The notes under the pieces are model-generated. The model did no database searches and had not been told where the DNA came from. It saw only the letters and a program-made list of their open reading frames with translations. Of a DNA stretch of 64,000 nt, positions 39,329 to 48,836 are shown one piece after another (the stretch's first letter is position 1; each line of letters opens with the position of its first letter). This stretch comes from Rickettsiales bacterium. Lineage in GTDB: Bacteria > Pseudomonadota > Alphaproteobacteria > Rickettsiales > UBA998. Location: the NCBI GenBank assembly GCA_028279475.1, contig JANQNR010000019.1, forward strand, positions 6,044-70,043. Reading direction: 5' to 3'. A program made the translations under genes and the position numbers.

Positions 39329-40069
39329 TCATTCCCGCCTCGCATAAAGCAAAAACTCGACATTCCCCTTCGGTCCGGTGATGGGGCTGGGTTCGACGCC
39401 ACGTACCTGCCAGCCGGGTAGTCCATCAATCCAGGTCTGAATGTCATCACAGACCGCCTGATGCACCGCCGCGTCACGTACCACGCCACCCTTACCAACC
39501 TGCTCGCGTCCAGCTTCGAATTGTGGCTTAATCAATGCGCAGAGCCATGCGTCATCTTTCGCTAGTGCCAGTGCTGCCGGCAGCACCGTTTTCAAACTGA
39601 TAAAACTGGCGTCACACACCACCCCATCAATAGCATCCGGAATCTGTTCCTGCGTCAGGTTGCGGGCATTGGTTTTTTCCAGCACCACCACACGCGCATC
39701 CTCGCGCAATTTCCAGTCCAGTTGCCCATGCCCGACATCGACGGCATAGACTTTCGCGGCTCCGTGATGCAACAGCACATCGGTAAATCCGCCGGTCGAT
39801 GCACCGACATCGATAATGCTCTGTCCACTCACATCGATGGTGAAATGTTCAATGGCCTTGGCCAGCTTCAACCCACCCCGCGACACCCAGGGATGGTCTT
39901 TGCCTTTCAGCCGAATATCAGCATCTTCTGCTACCGTCTGCCCGGCCTTGGTCACCGGCACATCGCCTACCAGTACCTGCCCGGCCATAATCAGCGCCTG
40001 CGCGCGCGTGCGACTTTCCACCAGTTGGTGATCGACAAGCAGTTGATCAAGACGAATTTTTGAAGGCAT
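39329..40069 (-). CDS. tlyA: TlyA family RNA methyltransferase
   Basis: S4 domain RLD..LV, VSRGGLKL, DVGASTGGFTD, LIKPQFE, GPKGNVEF. Confidence 0.94.
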   Translation of the reverse strand: MPSKIRLDQLLVDHQLVESRTRAQALIMAGQVLVGDVPVTKAGQTVAEDADIRLKGKDHPWVSRGGLKLAKAIEHFTIDVSGQSIIDVGASTGGFTDVLLHHGAAKVYAVDVGHGQLDWKLREDARVVVLEKTNARNLTQEQIPDAIDGVVCDASFISLKTVLPAALALAKDDAWLCALIKPQFEAGREQVGKGGVVRDAAVHQAVCDDIQTWIDGLPGWQVRGVEPSPITGPKGNVEFLLYARRE

Positions 40070-40097
40070 ATTTTGATTGGCAGGCTGTCACCATTGC

Positions 40098-40598
40098 CTA
40101 AGAGCCTGGCGATTGAATCCCTTCCAGTGCCAGTAATTTTTCCTTGTAATGCGCACCCCAGGCGAAGCCGCCCACGGTGCCGTCTTTTTTCAATACTCGG
40201 TGACAAGGAATGAAGAGGGGTAGGGGGTTGGTGGCGCAGGCACTTCCGGCAGCACGAATCGCGCCAGCACTACCGGCACGCTCTGCCAGTTCACCGTAGC
40301 TGATGGTGCGGCCAAACGGGATGGCGCTCATCACCCGCCAGCAGGCCTTGCGAAAATCACCGCCGGAGGGAAGATTGGTGCGTTTTGGTAGTGGTGTTCC
40401 CCGGTCAAAATACTGATCCAACGCTGCGCAGAGTTCGGGCTGGTAGTCCGCCGATAATTGCCAGTCAGGGGGCAGGGTTTCCGCGCCGCGTACCAGGCGT
40501 ACTTCCTGTATATTCGTGCCGTCGCCAACCAACGCCAGCCAGTCATCGCCTTCAAAAAAGCGATGCTGATAGCGCTTATAACGTAATGACGAATTCAT
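40098..40598 (-). CDS. ogt: Methylated-DNA-protein-cysteine methyltransferase
   Basis: IPFG.TISYGELA, NPLPLFIPCHRV. Confidence 0.9.
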   Translation of the reverse strand: MNSSLRYKRYQHRFFEGDDWLALVGDGTNIQEVRLVRGAETLPPDWQLSADYQPELCAALDQYFDRGTPLPKRTNLPSGGDFRKACWRVMSAIPFGRTISYGELAERAGSAGAIRAAGSACATNPLPLFIPCHRVLKKDGTVGGFAWGAHYKEKLLALEGIQSPGS

Positions 40599-41293
40599 CA
40601 GGCAACCTCTTTTGCTGCTTTCTTTTTCTTTGCTGCGGCTGGTTGTTTTTTCGGTTTGTCTTCGGGGAACAGAGCGATCATCTCTTTCACCAGCGCTTTG
40701 ATTTCTGCAGAGGCCAGCGATTTAGGGTCGACCTCCGTCACCCCCTTACCTTCCATAATAGAAGAAGCGAATACAACGCGATTGCCGATCACGCTATCGG
40801 TTAATTCTGGGAGTTCCGCACGAATTTTTTCGACGATTTTGGATTTTGCATTGACCCGGTTGAGGATGGTGCGCACCGGCACTCTCTCACTACCGGCAAA
40901 TTTGATGGTTGCCTGTGTTGCCCACAAATCGGTGGGGCTAGGCTGTACTGGAACCAGTACCAGGTCAGCCGATCGAATCGCGGTGCGGGCATCGGTTTCC
41001 ACATGGGGAGGGCTGTCAATCAGGATGACGTCATAATCGCGGCGCAGGCGTGAGACTTCGCTACCAACGCGCCAGCCGGATAGTGCCGAGAAATGCATGC
41101 CGGTATAATCTTCACCCATGCGCTCTTCGCGCAACTTGTGCCATTGGGTCAGGCTGCCTTGCGGGTCAATGTCAATCAAGGCGACGCGATAACCGCGTTG
41201 GGATAAGGCAACGGCTAAATGGCAGACCAGCGTCGTCTTTCCGGCGCCTCCTTTTTGCTGAGCAATGGTAATCACCTTTTGACGCATTGGCAT
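40598..41293 (-). CDS. Short ParA-family ATPase (orphan)
   Basis: QKGGAGKTT, DIDPQGS, IDSPP, PVQPSP.DL; Lys-rich tail; no parB adjacent. Confidence 0.9.
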   Translation of the reverse strand: MPMRQKVITIAQQKGGAGKTTLVCHLAVALSQRGYRVALIDIDPQGSLTQWHKLREERMGEDYTGMHFSALSGWRVGSEVSRLRRDYDVILIDSPPHVETDARTAIRSADLVLVPVQPSPTDLWATQATIKFAGSERVPVRTILNRVNAKSKIVEKIRAELPELTDSVIGNRVVFASSIMEGKGVTEVDPKSLASAEIKALVKEMIALFPEDKPKKQPAAAKKKKAAKEVA

Positions 41294-41380
41294 TTCCCCC
41301 TTATGACATAATGAATTATCTACTACTATCAGCCTAGAATGCCTACTGGTCAACTGTCAAATAACTCTTTTATTGATTCT

Positions 41381-42397
41381 GTGCCAACGCCCCAAAATAT
41401 AGTAGGTGGCGCTGATTTATTACGCAAGGGCTTGTTGGTGGCGTTTCCCACCGAGACAGTTTACGGGTTGGGTGGTGCGGCAGAGAACCTGGAGGCGGTG
41501 ACCGGCATCTATGCCACCAAGGGCAGACCATCGCATAACCCGTTGATCGTGCATGTGCAGGATCTAGCTATGGCGGAGCGTTATGGTGTGTTTAATGCCT
41601 TGGCGTACCAGTTAGCGGAGCAATTTTTTCCAGGGCCAGTGACATTGGTGGTGCCGGTGAAGGACGGCGTGCTTGCGCCTCAACTGCTGGCGGGAGGGAA
41701 GACAGTGGCGTTGCGTTGTCCGGCGCATCCGGTAGCGCAGGCATTGTTGCAAGAGTTCGGTGCTGGCATTGCTGCGCCCAGTGCCAACCGTTCCGGGCGT
41801 GTGAGCCCCACGAAAGCGGAGCATGTGAGGGAGGAATTTGCAGAGCATCCAGGCCAGTTGCGTATGCTGTTGGATGGCGGTGCCACGGAGATTGGCTTGG
41901 AATCCACGGTAGTGGATTGTACCAGAGATGCACCGGTGATCCTGCGCAAGGGGAGTGTGGGGACTGAAGCATTTCCCCCTCCCGCTTGCGGGAGGGGGGC
42001 AGGGGGAGGGCTATTGATAGGTAGTACATACATGCGACAGCCCCCCACCTATCCTCCCCCCGCCTGCGGGGGGAGGTATATTGCAGATGAACAACTTAAA
42101 TCCCCCGGCCTACTTACTTCTCATTATGCCCCTAATGCGCCGGTACGACTGAATGCAACCGATGTGCATGAGGGAGAAGCATTACTAGCCTTTGGTAGCG
42201 CGGTGCCGGAGGCGCTCGGCACATGCCTGAACCTTAGCCCTTCGGGTGATCTGGAAGAGGCAGCACACCATCTCTATGACTATCTGCGCCAGCTTGATGC
42301 GTTGAATCCGGCGAGCATTGCCGTCATGCCTGTTCCAGATCGGGGCATTGGAACGGCGATCAATGACCGTTTGCAACGGGCGGCAGCGAAGCGGTAG
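41381..42397 (+). CDS. tsaC: L-threonylcarbamoyladenylate synthase (Sua5 type)
   Basis: AFPTETVYGL, KGRP.HNPLIVH, AAPSANRSG, GLESTV, PG....HYAP, AINDRL.RAA. Confidence 0.94.
   Translation: MPTPQNIVGGADLLRKGLLVAFPTETVYGLGGAAENLEAVTGIYATKGRPSHNPLIVHVQDLAMAERYGVFNALAYQLAEQFFPGPVTLVVPVKDGVLAPQLLAGGKTVALRCPAHPVAQALLQEFGAGIAAPSANRSGRVSPTKAEHVREEFAEHPGQLRMLLDGGATEIGLESTVVDCTRDAPVILRKGSVGTEAFPPPACGRGAGGGLLIGSTYMRQPPTYPPPACGGRYIADEQLKSPGLLTSHYAPNAPVRLNATDVHEGEALLAFGSAVPEALGTCLNLSPSGDLEEAAHHLYDYLRQLDALNPASIAVMPVPDRGIGTAINDRLQRAAAKR
41971..42080 (+). repeat. About 110-bp palindromic element inserted in-frame in tsaC
   Basis: Terminal hairpins CCCCCTCCCGC-TT-GCGGGAGGGGG and CCTCCCCCCGC-CT-GCGGGGGGAGG; encodes FPPPACGRGAGGG...[14 protein letters not shown]. 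Confidence 0.88.
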
Positions 42398-42490
42398 GAA
42401 TTTGCCATGCCCAGGCAGTAATCATTGCAATTCCACCGGTGAACGCGCATGATGGCGGCATCGTTAATCTTACAAGAAAGCAGGATACCC

Positions 42491-43804
42491 ATGACTCAGA
42501 CCGCCACCCTCGTCAATGACAATGACTACAAAGTCGCCGATATCAGCCTGGCTGAATGGGGGCGCAAGGAAATCTCGCTGGCCGAATCGGAAATGCCGGG
42601 ATTGATGGCACTGCGGGAAGAGTATGCTGGCCAGCAACCGCTGAAGGGTGCGCGGATTGTCGGGTGTCTGCACATGACCATCCAGACGGCGGTGCTGATC
42701 GAAACGCTCACGGCGCTGGGTGCCGAGGTACGCTGGAGTTCGTGCAATATCTTTTCGACGCAGGACCATGCAGCAGCGGCAATTGCAGCAACCGGGGTGC
42801 CGGTTTTCGCCTGGAAAGGGGAGACGGATGAGGAATATGACTGGTGTATCCACCAAACGATCAAGGGCAACCCGGACTGGGTGCCGAACATGATTCTTGA
42901 TGACGGCGGGGATCTGACGCGGATGATGCATCAGGATTATCCGGAGTTGATGGGGGAGGTGCGCGGCTTGTCGGAAGAGACGACGACCGGCGTACTGCGC
43001 CTGCACGATATGCAAAAGGCCGGGACGTTGAAAGTGCCGGCGATTAATGTCAATGACGCGGTGACCAAGTCCAAATTCGATAATCTGTATGGCTGTCGTG
43101 AAAGTCTGCCGGATGGGTTGAAACGGGCGACGGATGTGATGCTGGCCGGGAAGATCGCTGTGGTTGCAGGTTATGGGGATGTCGGGAAAGGCTGTGCCGA
43201 CGCGCTGCGTGGTCAGGGAACGCGGGTGCTGGTCACCGAAATCGACCCGATTTGCGCTTTGCAGGCGGCGATGGAAGGCTACGAAGTAATGACGATGGAG
43301 CAGGCGGCACCGATCGGCGATATCTTCGTTACGGCGACAGGCAATCGTGATGTCATCACCAACGAGCATATGCATCATATGAAAGACCGGGCGATTGTTT
43401 GTAATATCGGCCATTTCGACAATGAAATTCAGGTGGAATCCCTACACAATTACCAGTGGGATGAAATCAAACCCCAGGTCGATGAAATCACCAAACCGGA
43501 CGGGTCGCGACTGATTCTGCTGGCGAAGGGGCGGTTGGTGAATCTGGGGTGTGCCACCGGGCATCCGAGCTTTGTGATGAGCGCCTCCTTTACGAACCAG
43601 GTGCTGGCACAGATTGAGCTATGGAATAATGCTGGGAATTATGACAACAAGGTCTACGTCTTGCCACGCCATCTGGATGAAAAGGTGGCCAGACTACATC
43701 TTGAAAAATTGGGCGTCACCTTAACCCAGCTAACGGCGGATCAGGCGGGTTATCTGGGGATTGATGTGGATGGCCCCTACAAGACGGAAGCCTATCGCTA
43801 TTAA
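42491..43804 (+). CDS. ahcY: S-adenosylhomocysteine hydrolase
   Basis: [48 protein letters not shown]. Confidence 0.97.
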   Translation: MTQTATLVNDNDYKVADISLAEWGRKEISLAESEMPGLMALREEYAGQQPLKGARIVGCLHMTIQTAVLIETLTALGAEVRWSSCNIFSTQDHAAAAIAATGVPVFAWKGETDEEYDWCIHQTIKGNPDWVPNMILDDGGDLTRMMHQDYPELMGEVRGLSEETTTGVLRLHDMQKAGTLKVPAINVNDAVTKSKFDNLYGCRESLPDGLKRATDVMLAGKIAVVAGYGDVGKGCADALRGQGTRVLVTEIDPICALQAAMEGYEVMTMEQAAPIGDIFVTATGNRDVITNEHMHHMKDRAIVCNIGHFDNEIQVESLHNYQWDEIKPQVDEITKPDGSRLILLAKGRLVNLGCATGHPSFVMSASFTNQVLAQIELWNNAGNYDNKVYVLPRHLDEKVARLHLEKLGVTLTQLTADQAGYLGIDVDGPYKTEAYRY

Positions 43805-43813
43805 GAGGACTGC

Positions 43814-46141
43814 ATGGCAGAGACAATGCTGGATCACCCGAATGCATTGATGACCATCGGCATTTTGCTTGGTCTGGTGGTGATGGTGGCCAGCATTATT
43901 TTTTATGCTGTATACCGTATTGGTCGCCGTTGGGAGCATGTGGCGCGTACGCTGACCAGTGAGCTGATTGGCAAGGGGTGGGTATTTCTGGTCTGCCGCC
44001 CGAAGGACCAACGATTGCTCTATTGCCGAGGGGTGCGGCATTTTGCTTCATCCAGGCAGCCTTTTTCAAAATTGCAGGATGTGGAGAAGGGGGTGCACGA
44101 AGAGGACCGAGAGCGGTTTCAGCTATTAGTGGCCAATGAAGCCGAGCAGCAGGAAGCATCCGATATTATTCGCAATATTGAGAGTGAGCGGTTTGAATGT
44201 ATAGTGACGATGCTTCAGTGGCGAGGAGAGGAGGCCGTATTTATTACCCTGCGCCCTGTATCAAAGGCCTATCGGAAGATGCTGGCGGTACAGAGTGAGA
44301 ATAATGCACTGAAGGCACAAAACAGCCTGCATCTGGATATATTGAATACATTGCCGCATCCGATCTGGGTACGGGATGCGCAGCTGGCATTGATCTATTG
44401 TAACCTGGCCTATCTGGAGCTGGCGGAAGACAATGAAGCACCGTCGGCAGGGCAGGGGATGCCGGAACTTTACCGGAATGCGGAAGCGCAGGCACGCAAA
44501 GCGCAAGAGCAACAGGAGCCGGAGCAACAGCGACAGCGCCTGGTGGTTGATGGCGAGCGGCGGATGTTTGAGGTGCAGGACTACCCGTCTCCTTCCGGGC
44601 ATATCATCGGCATGGCGCAGGATATTGTGGCACTGGACAAGGCCGAGGCAGAGATTAAAGACCATCTGACGACATTGGAAGATTTGTTGGATAGCTCTTC
44701 CAGCGCCATGACCATTTACGGCGTCGATATGCGGTTGAAATATTATAATCAGGCCTATGTGCGTATCTGGGGCATCGATGAAGCACGTTTGCAGTCACAA
44801 CCGACTTTCTCTGAAATGCTCGAATATCTGCGTGAATTGCGCAAGCTGCCGGAACAGGTCAATTTCCCGGCATTCAAGCAGCAGCGTCTGAAAATCTTCA
44901 ACGAGGTGACGGAACCGCATGAAGAAATTTTCTACCTGCCGGATGGACGTATTTTGAGAAATGTGGCGATTCCTCATTCCGCTGGAGGCGTCTTATTCAT
45001 TTACGAAGACGTAACCGACCGGCTGGCGCTGGAGCGTTCCTATAATACCCTGATCGCCGTGCAGCAGGAAACATTAGACAATCTGTTCGAAGGGGTGGTC
45101 GTCTTCGGTGAAGATGGCCGTCTGCGGCTGAAAAATCCGGTATTCATGTCATTGTGGGAATTGAAAGAGGAAGAGCTGCCGGACGGGGTGCATATTTCCG
45201 AGATGCTGGAGCGTACGAAATCGCTCTACAATGTGCCGGACTGGGATGGTTTTAAGCGTGAATTCATTGCTCAGGTGCAGTCGCGTACCTATGAAACATC
45301 CCGGATAGAACGGCAGGACGGTGCGGTGCTGGATTGTTCGATGGTGCCGTTGCCGGATGGCGGGGTGCTGCTGACCTATGTGGATATGACCGCCTCGACG
45401 CTGGTTGAGCGCTCGCTGCGTGAACGCAATGAAGCGCTGGAGGCAGGCGATAAACTGAAAACCGAATTCCTGGCGAATATGTCCTATGAGTTGCGTTCGC
45501 CGCTGACCTCCATCAGTGGATTTGCCGAGATGCTCAAGCAGGATTATTTTGGCGGGCTGTCGGACAAGCAGCGCGAGTATGTGGAAGGGATTCACCATTC
45601 CTCGCAGAATCTGATGCACCTCATCAATGATATTCTCGATCTCTCCAGTATTGAAGCCGGCTACCTGACGCTCAATATCAGCGAGTTTGACATTTGCAAA
45701 ATGCTGCACGCGATGATGACGCTGCTGGGTGAGCGGTTACGCGAATATGATGTGCGTGCGGAAATTGTATGTCCTGAGACGATCGGCCTGATGCGCGCCG
45801 ATGAAACCCGGGTGCGGCAGGTGCTGTTTCATTTGCTGAGCAATGCGGTGAAATATTCGCATGAGGGCGGTAACGTTGTATTGGGAGCAGAGCGATCTAA
45901 GGAGGGCGTGACGCTCTGGGTCGAGGATAACGGGGTGGGGATCTCCGAAGATGAACAAGGCGCCGTGTTCGACAAATTTTACCGAGGTGCGCCGGGCGTG
46001 CGCAAGTCCGGCACCGGGCTGGGACTGTCGATGGTGAAAAACTTCGTCGAGCTTCATGGTGGCGAGGTCACGCTGGAATCCACGGTGGGCACAGGCACCA
46101 TCATTCGCTGTTTCTTCCCGAATGAGCCAAAACCGCATTAA
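43814..46141 (+). CDS. divL: DivL-like PAS pseudo-histidine kinase
   Basis: N-terminal TM, multiple PAS domains, H-box with Tyr replacing His (ANMSYELRSPL), HATPase boxes; follows ahcY as in other alphaproteobacteria. Confidence 0.85.
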   Translation: MAETMLDHPNALMTIGILLGLVVMVASIIFYAVYRIGRRWEHVARTLTSELIGKGWVFLVCRPKDQRLLYCRGVRHFASSRQPFSKLQDVEKGVHEEDRERFQLLVANEAEQQEASDIIRNIESERFECIVTMLQWRGEEAVFITLRPVSKAYRKMLAVQSENNALKAQNSLHLDILNTLPHPIWVRDAQLALIYCNLAYLELAEDNEAPSAGQGMPELYRNAEAQARKAQEQQEPEQQRQRLVVDGERRMFEVQDYPSPSGHIIGMAQDIVALDKAEAEIKDHLTTLEDLLDSSSSAMTIYGVDMRLKYYNQAYVRIWGIDEARLQSQPTFSEMLEYLRELRKLPEQVNFPAFKQQRLKIFNEVTEPHEEIFYLPDGRILRNVAIPHSAGGVLFIYEDVTDRLALERSYNTLIAVQQETLDNLFEGVVVFGEDGRLRLKNPVFMSLWELKEEELPDGVHISEMLERTKSLYNVPDWDGFKREFIAQVQSRTYETSRIERQDGAVLDCSMVPLPDGGVLLTYVDMTASTLVERSLRERNEALEAGDKLKTEFLANMSYELRSPLTSISGFAEMLKQDYFGGLSDKQREYVEGIHHSSQNLMHLINDILDLSSIEAGYLTLNISEFDICKMLHAMMTLLGERLREYDVRAEIVCPETIGLMRADETRVRQVLFHLLSNAVKYSHEGGNVVLGAERSKEGVTLWVEDNGVGISEDEQGAVFDKFYRGAPGVRKSGTGLGLSMVKNFVELHGGEVTLESTVGTGTIIRCFFPNEPKPH

Positions 46142-46173
46142 CCTGAACATGGGTAGGCCTGTCCAAAACTCCA

Positions 46174-46378
46174 CTCTCCCCACGCTTGCACCCGCTTGCG
46201 GGGTGCAAGCCTTTTTGATGCACAGCACCCCACAGGTGGGTGCTGTGCGGGAGAGTCGAAGAGAGCAAGCGTAGCGCCGCTCGATTCGGTGAGGGGTGGA
46301 TAGTAATTGACCCCTCACGCATCGTCTTCGGCTCCGTTGTCACCTCGACTCTGCTGCTCTCCCGCAAGGGGAGAGCAG
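46174..46378. repeat. Nested palindromic element (CTCTCCC...GGGAGAG / GGTGAGGGG...CCCCTCAC type)
   Basis: Several nested inverted repeats ending in CTCTCCCGCAAGGGGAGAG. Confidence 0.75.
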
Positions 46379-46433
46379 ATGCACCATCGTTATTTATCCA
46401 CAATTCATATTCATCAGGCTTATGTTTTCAGGC

Positions 46434-46474
46434 AAAAAAATAAGCTTAAACCCTACGAAAGAGATTTAAGCTTA
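46434..46474 (-). terminator. Intrinsic terminator of the 46804 ORF
   Basis: TAAGCTTAAA/TTTAAGCTTA stem followed by a T7 tract on the minus strand. Confidence 0.65.
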
Positions 46475-46804
46475 ATCAGGGACGAAGAAAACATCATCAC
46501 AGTGTTTTTCTGGGAACCCTGTTGGAGCATTGTAGGTGTCCATTGCAAAAGTGGCAATGGACTCACTGACAGAAAAAAAATTAAATGCTCTGAACACGGC
46601 ATCAACGTGTCGCCGCTTTTTTCCTTCTGGCGTCACAAGCGTACCTGTAACGCCTTTGACAATTATGGGAACGCCGTTCTTTCGTTTGGCTTTACGGCGC
46701 CTACATGGGGCACCATCCCCCACGTGCAGGTTACGCCATCCCGTTTTTTTGTACACGGGAGAACGCCCTTTACGGAGCTTAAGGCCGGAACGATTCTTTG
46801 CCAT
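46472..46804 (-). CDS. Small, highly basic hypothetical protein
   Basis: 110 aa from ATG with RBS GGAG; own promoter and terminator. Confidence 0.6.
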   Translation of the reverse strand: MAKNRSGLKLRKGRSPVYKKTGWRNLHVGDGAPCRRRKAKRKNGVPIIVKGVTGTLVTPEGKKRRHVDAVFRAFNFFSVSESIATFAMDTYNAPTGFPEKHCDDVFFVPD

Positions 46805-46926
46805 GGATTTTTTCTCCACTAACAATATTCTCACCAACCTTGTTGGTACATGCACTTGATTATAAATGTGCAATCTAACAATGGGAGTACCATTATAGCC
46901 TACAGGGTAGGTGAGAAACTATGCGC

Positions 46927-46956
46927 ATTATAGCTATATATTAACAGAATGTAAAC
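46927..46956 (-). promoter_or_regulatory. Sigma70 promoter overlapped by an imperfect CtrA-type box
   Basis: TTTACA-17-TATAAT; plus strand TTAA-CAGAATG-TAAAC at 46941-46956. Confidence 0.55.
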
Positions 46957-47031
46957 CATATCTTTTTTGTGAATGCGTCATTTGGGCAATCTGTCTTGCC
47001 AAAGCGCAGCGGCGGCAGGCAACCTCATAAC

Positions 47032-47162
47032 CGTCATTCCGGGCGAAGCGTAAGCGAAGACCCGGAATCCATCTATCAACGAGCAAGATTCATGATGGAT
47101 TCCGGATAACTCCGCTCACACTTCACAGCAAAGCTGTGAGTTCGCGGGCTTCCGGAATGACG
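47032..47162. repeat. GTCATTCC...GGAATGAC palindromic element
   Basis: Terminal inverted repeat CGTCATTCCGG/CCGGAATGACG with internal hairpins. Confidence 0.85.
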
Positions 47163-47222
47163 AAAGAGAGACTTTACGGCATAACGGTTGATGCGGCGTG
47201 AAGAATCGACTACACAGATACG

Positions 47223-48086
47223 ATGCACGATGCACCTGAATATATTCTAACCATTGCCTGCCCGGACGTGCCGGGGATTGTTGCGGCAGTGGCCGGGTTT
47301 ATCGCGGCGCAGCACGGGTTCATTCTGGAATCGACGCAATATGGCGATCCGGTGACCACCACCTTCTTCCAGCGCATCCATTTCCGCGCATCGGAGCAAA
47401 CGCCGGAACATGCATCCTTGCGACAGCGTTTTGACGAAGAAGTCGGGCAGCGTTTTTCCATGGATTGGCAGATGCACGATGCCCTGCGCAAGCCACGCCT
47501 GTTGATCATGGTCTCCAAGGCCAGCCATTGCCTCAATACCTTGCTGCATCGCTATCAGAACGGCACCTTACAGGTAGAGATTCCGCTGGTGGTGTCCAAT
47601 CATCCCGACTTGCAGCGGCTGGTGGCATGGCATGACATTCCCTATTACCATTTGCCGATTGACGGCAAGCATAGCAAGGAAGAGCAGGAAGCCAGGGTTA
47701 AAGAACTGGCCGAGGATAATCGCATCGACCTGCTGGTGCTGGCGCGCTATATGCAGATTCTCTCGCAGGAGATGTGCGGGCATTTTTCCGGCAAGGCCAT
47801 CAACATTCACCATTCCTTTCTGCCCAGTTTCAAGGGCGCGCGTCCCTACCATCAGGCCTATGCCAAGGGGGTCAAGCTGATCGGCGCGACGGCGCATTAC
47901 GTGACGCAAGACCTGGATGAAGGGCCGATCATTGAGCAGGAAGTGGCGCGGGTGGATCATACCCATGCGATTGATGAGCTGGTCAGTGTCGGGCAAGAGA
48001 TTGAGAGCAAAGTGCTGTACCGCGCGGTGCGCCATCACTGTGAGCATCGGGTGCTGCTCAACGGGCATAAAACTGTCGTTTTTTAA
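47223..48086 (+). CDS. purU: Formyltetrahydrofolate deformylase
   Basis: ACT domain CPD..GIVAAV, LARYMQIL, INIHHSFLPSFKGARPYHQA, GVKLIGATAH. Confidence 0.96.
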   Translation: MHDAPEYILTIACPDVPGIVAAVAGFIAAQHGFILESTQYGDPVTTTFFQRIHFRASEQTPEHASLRQRFDEEVGQRFSMDWQMHDALRKPRLLIMVSKASHCLNTLLHRYQNGTLQVEIPLVVSNHPDLQRLVAWHDIPYYHLPIDGKHSKEEQEARVKELAEDNRIDLLVLARYMQILSQEMCGHFSGKAINIHHSFLPSFKGARPYHQAYAKGVKLIGATAHYVTQDLDEGPIIEQEVARVDHTHAIDELVSVGQEIESKVLYRAVRHHCEHRVLLNGHKTVVF

Positions 48087-48103
48087 AAACATTATAAACA
48101 AGC

Positions 48104-48246
48104 CGTAGGCGCAATCCGGAATCCATCATGCCACATACGTCATACCGGCGGAGACCGGTATCTTTTGCTATGACTGGCTGAAAGCCGCCCTAGGCTCTGG
48201 CCTTCCGCGTTGCCATGCGTTGGCGGGACAAACCGCTGGAATGACG
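48104..48246. repeat. GTCA...TGAC palindromic element
   Basis: TAGGCGCAATCCGGAATCCA and TACGTCATACCGGCGGAGACCGGTATC modules shared with 39165-39327. Confidence 0.75.
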
Positions 48247-48269
48247 AAGAAAACTACCCCCCAAACATG

Positions 48270-48316
48270 AAACTCCCCATGGCCAGCCTTGGGGGGCAAA
48301 TGCCATGGGGAGTTTG
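48270..48316. terminator. Hairpin between purU and the convergent 48618 ORF
   Basis: AAACTCCCC...ATGGC / GCCATGGGGAGTTT stem. Confidence 0.6.
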
Positions 48317-48327
48317 TTAGTTCTTAT

Positions 48328-48618
48328 TTAAACCTGGATATTTTTTACTCGCGCCGTGATGGCGTCGAGTAGTTCTTTTGGCATTTCTGCCTCTACCTTG
48401 ACAGTGCCGTTGACTGAAGCATCAATGATGTCATTTCCGTTCTCTCCGTCCGCTGCCAGACTAGTTTGCTCACCAGTAGTGGCTGGCAATGAACTGATCG
48501 ACGACATTATCCTACCAAAAAGTACCTTCCAAATTGCTAAATACCATTTTAAAGGTATTTTGCTATCACCATTTAAGGTTACGGCGAAGCTAATTTTTTG
48601 GGGTTGATAGTTATCCAT
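48328..48618 (-). CDS. Hypothetical protein
   Basis: 96 aa from ATG (MDNYQPQK) with strong RBS AAGGAGG. Confidence 0.6.
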   Translation of the reverse strand: MDNYQPQKISFAVTLNGDSKIPLKWYLAIWKVLFGRIMSSISSLPATTGEQTSLAADGENGNDIIDASVNGTVKVEAEMPKELLDAITARVKNIQV

Positions 48619-48695
48619 GGTAAAAAGTGCCTCCTTAAAAAAGGCCTCTAAGTGACTGTAATTTCTTTGTAGAAAACACAATCTGTACTCTTTTA

Positions 48696-48711
48696 TTAAA
48701 CCATAATTAAC
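48696..48711. promoter_or_regulatory. CtrA-type box
   Basis: TTAA-ACCATAA-TTAAC, full consensus, upstream of the 48618 ORF. Confidence 0.6.
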
Positions 48712-48784
48712 GGTTTTTCTCAATGGGGTAAATGTGAAGAGTTGATGACAGTGGTGGGTGGTTGTAGAATCGGGAATATGTAGA

Positions 48785-48833
48785 TTCATAATTTTCAGTT
48801 CCCAATTCTCGATTCCCAATTCCCGATTCCAAA
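48785..48833. repeat. Heptamer tandem repeat (TTCCCRA-like, 7 units)
   Basis: ttcataa ttttcag ttcccaa ttctcga ttcccaa ttcccga ttccaaa; inverted copy gaatcgggaat just upstream. Confidence 0.75.
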
Positions 48834-48836
48834 GCA

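Noticed and set aside
42398-42490. SAH or SAM riboswitch before ahcY
   Set aside because: The leader is short and I could not recognise any riboswitch consensus.
46157-46168. 12-nt match (GCCTGTCCAAAA) to the tRNA-linked element
   Set aside because: Too short to distinguish from chance without a genome-wide search.
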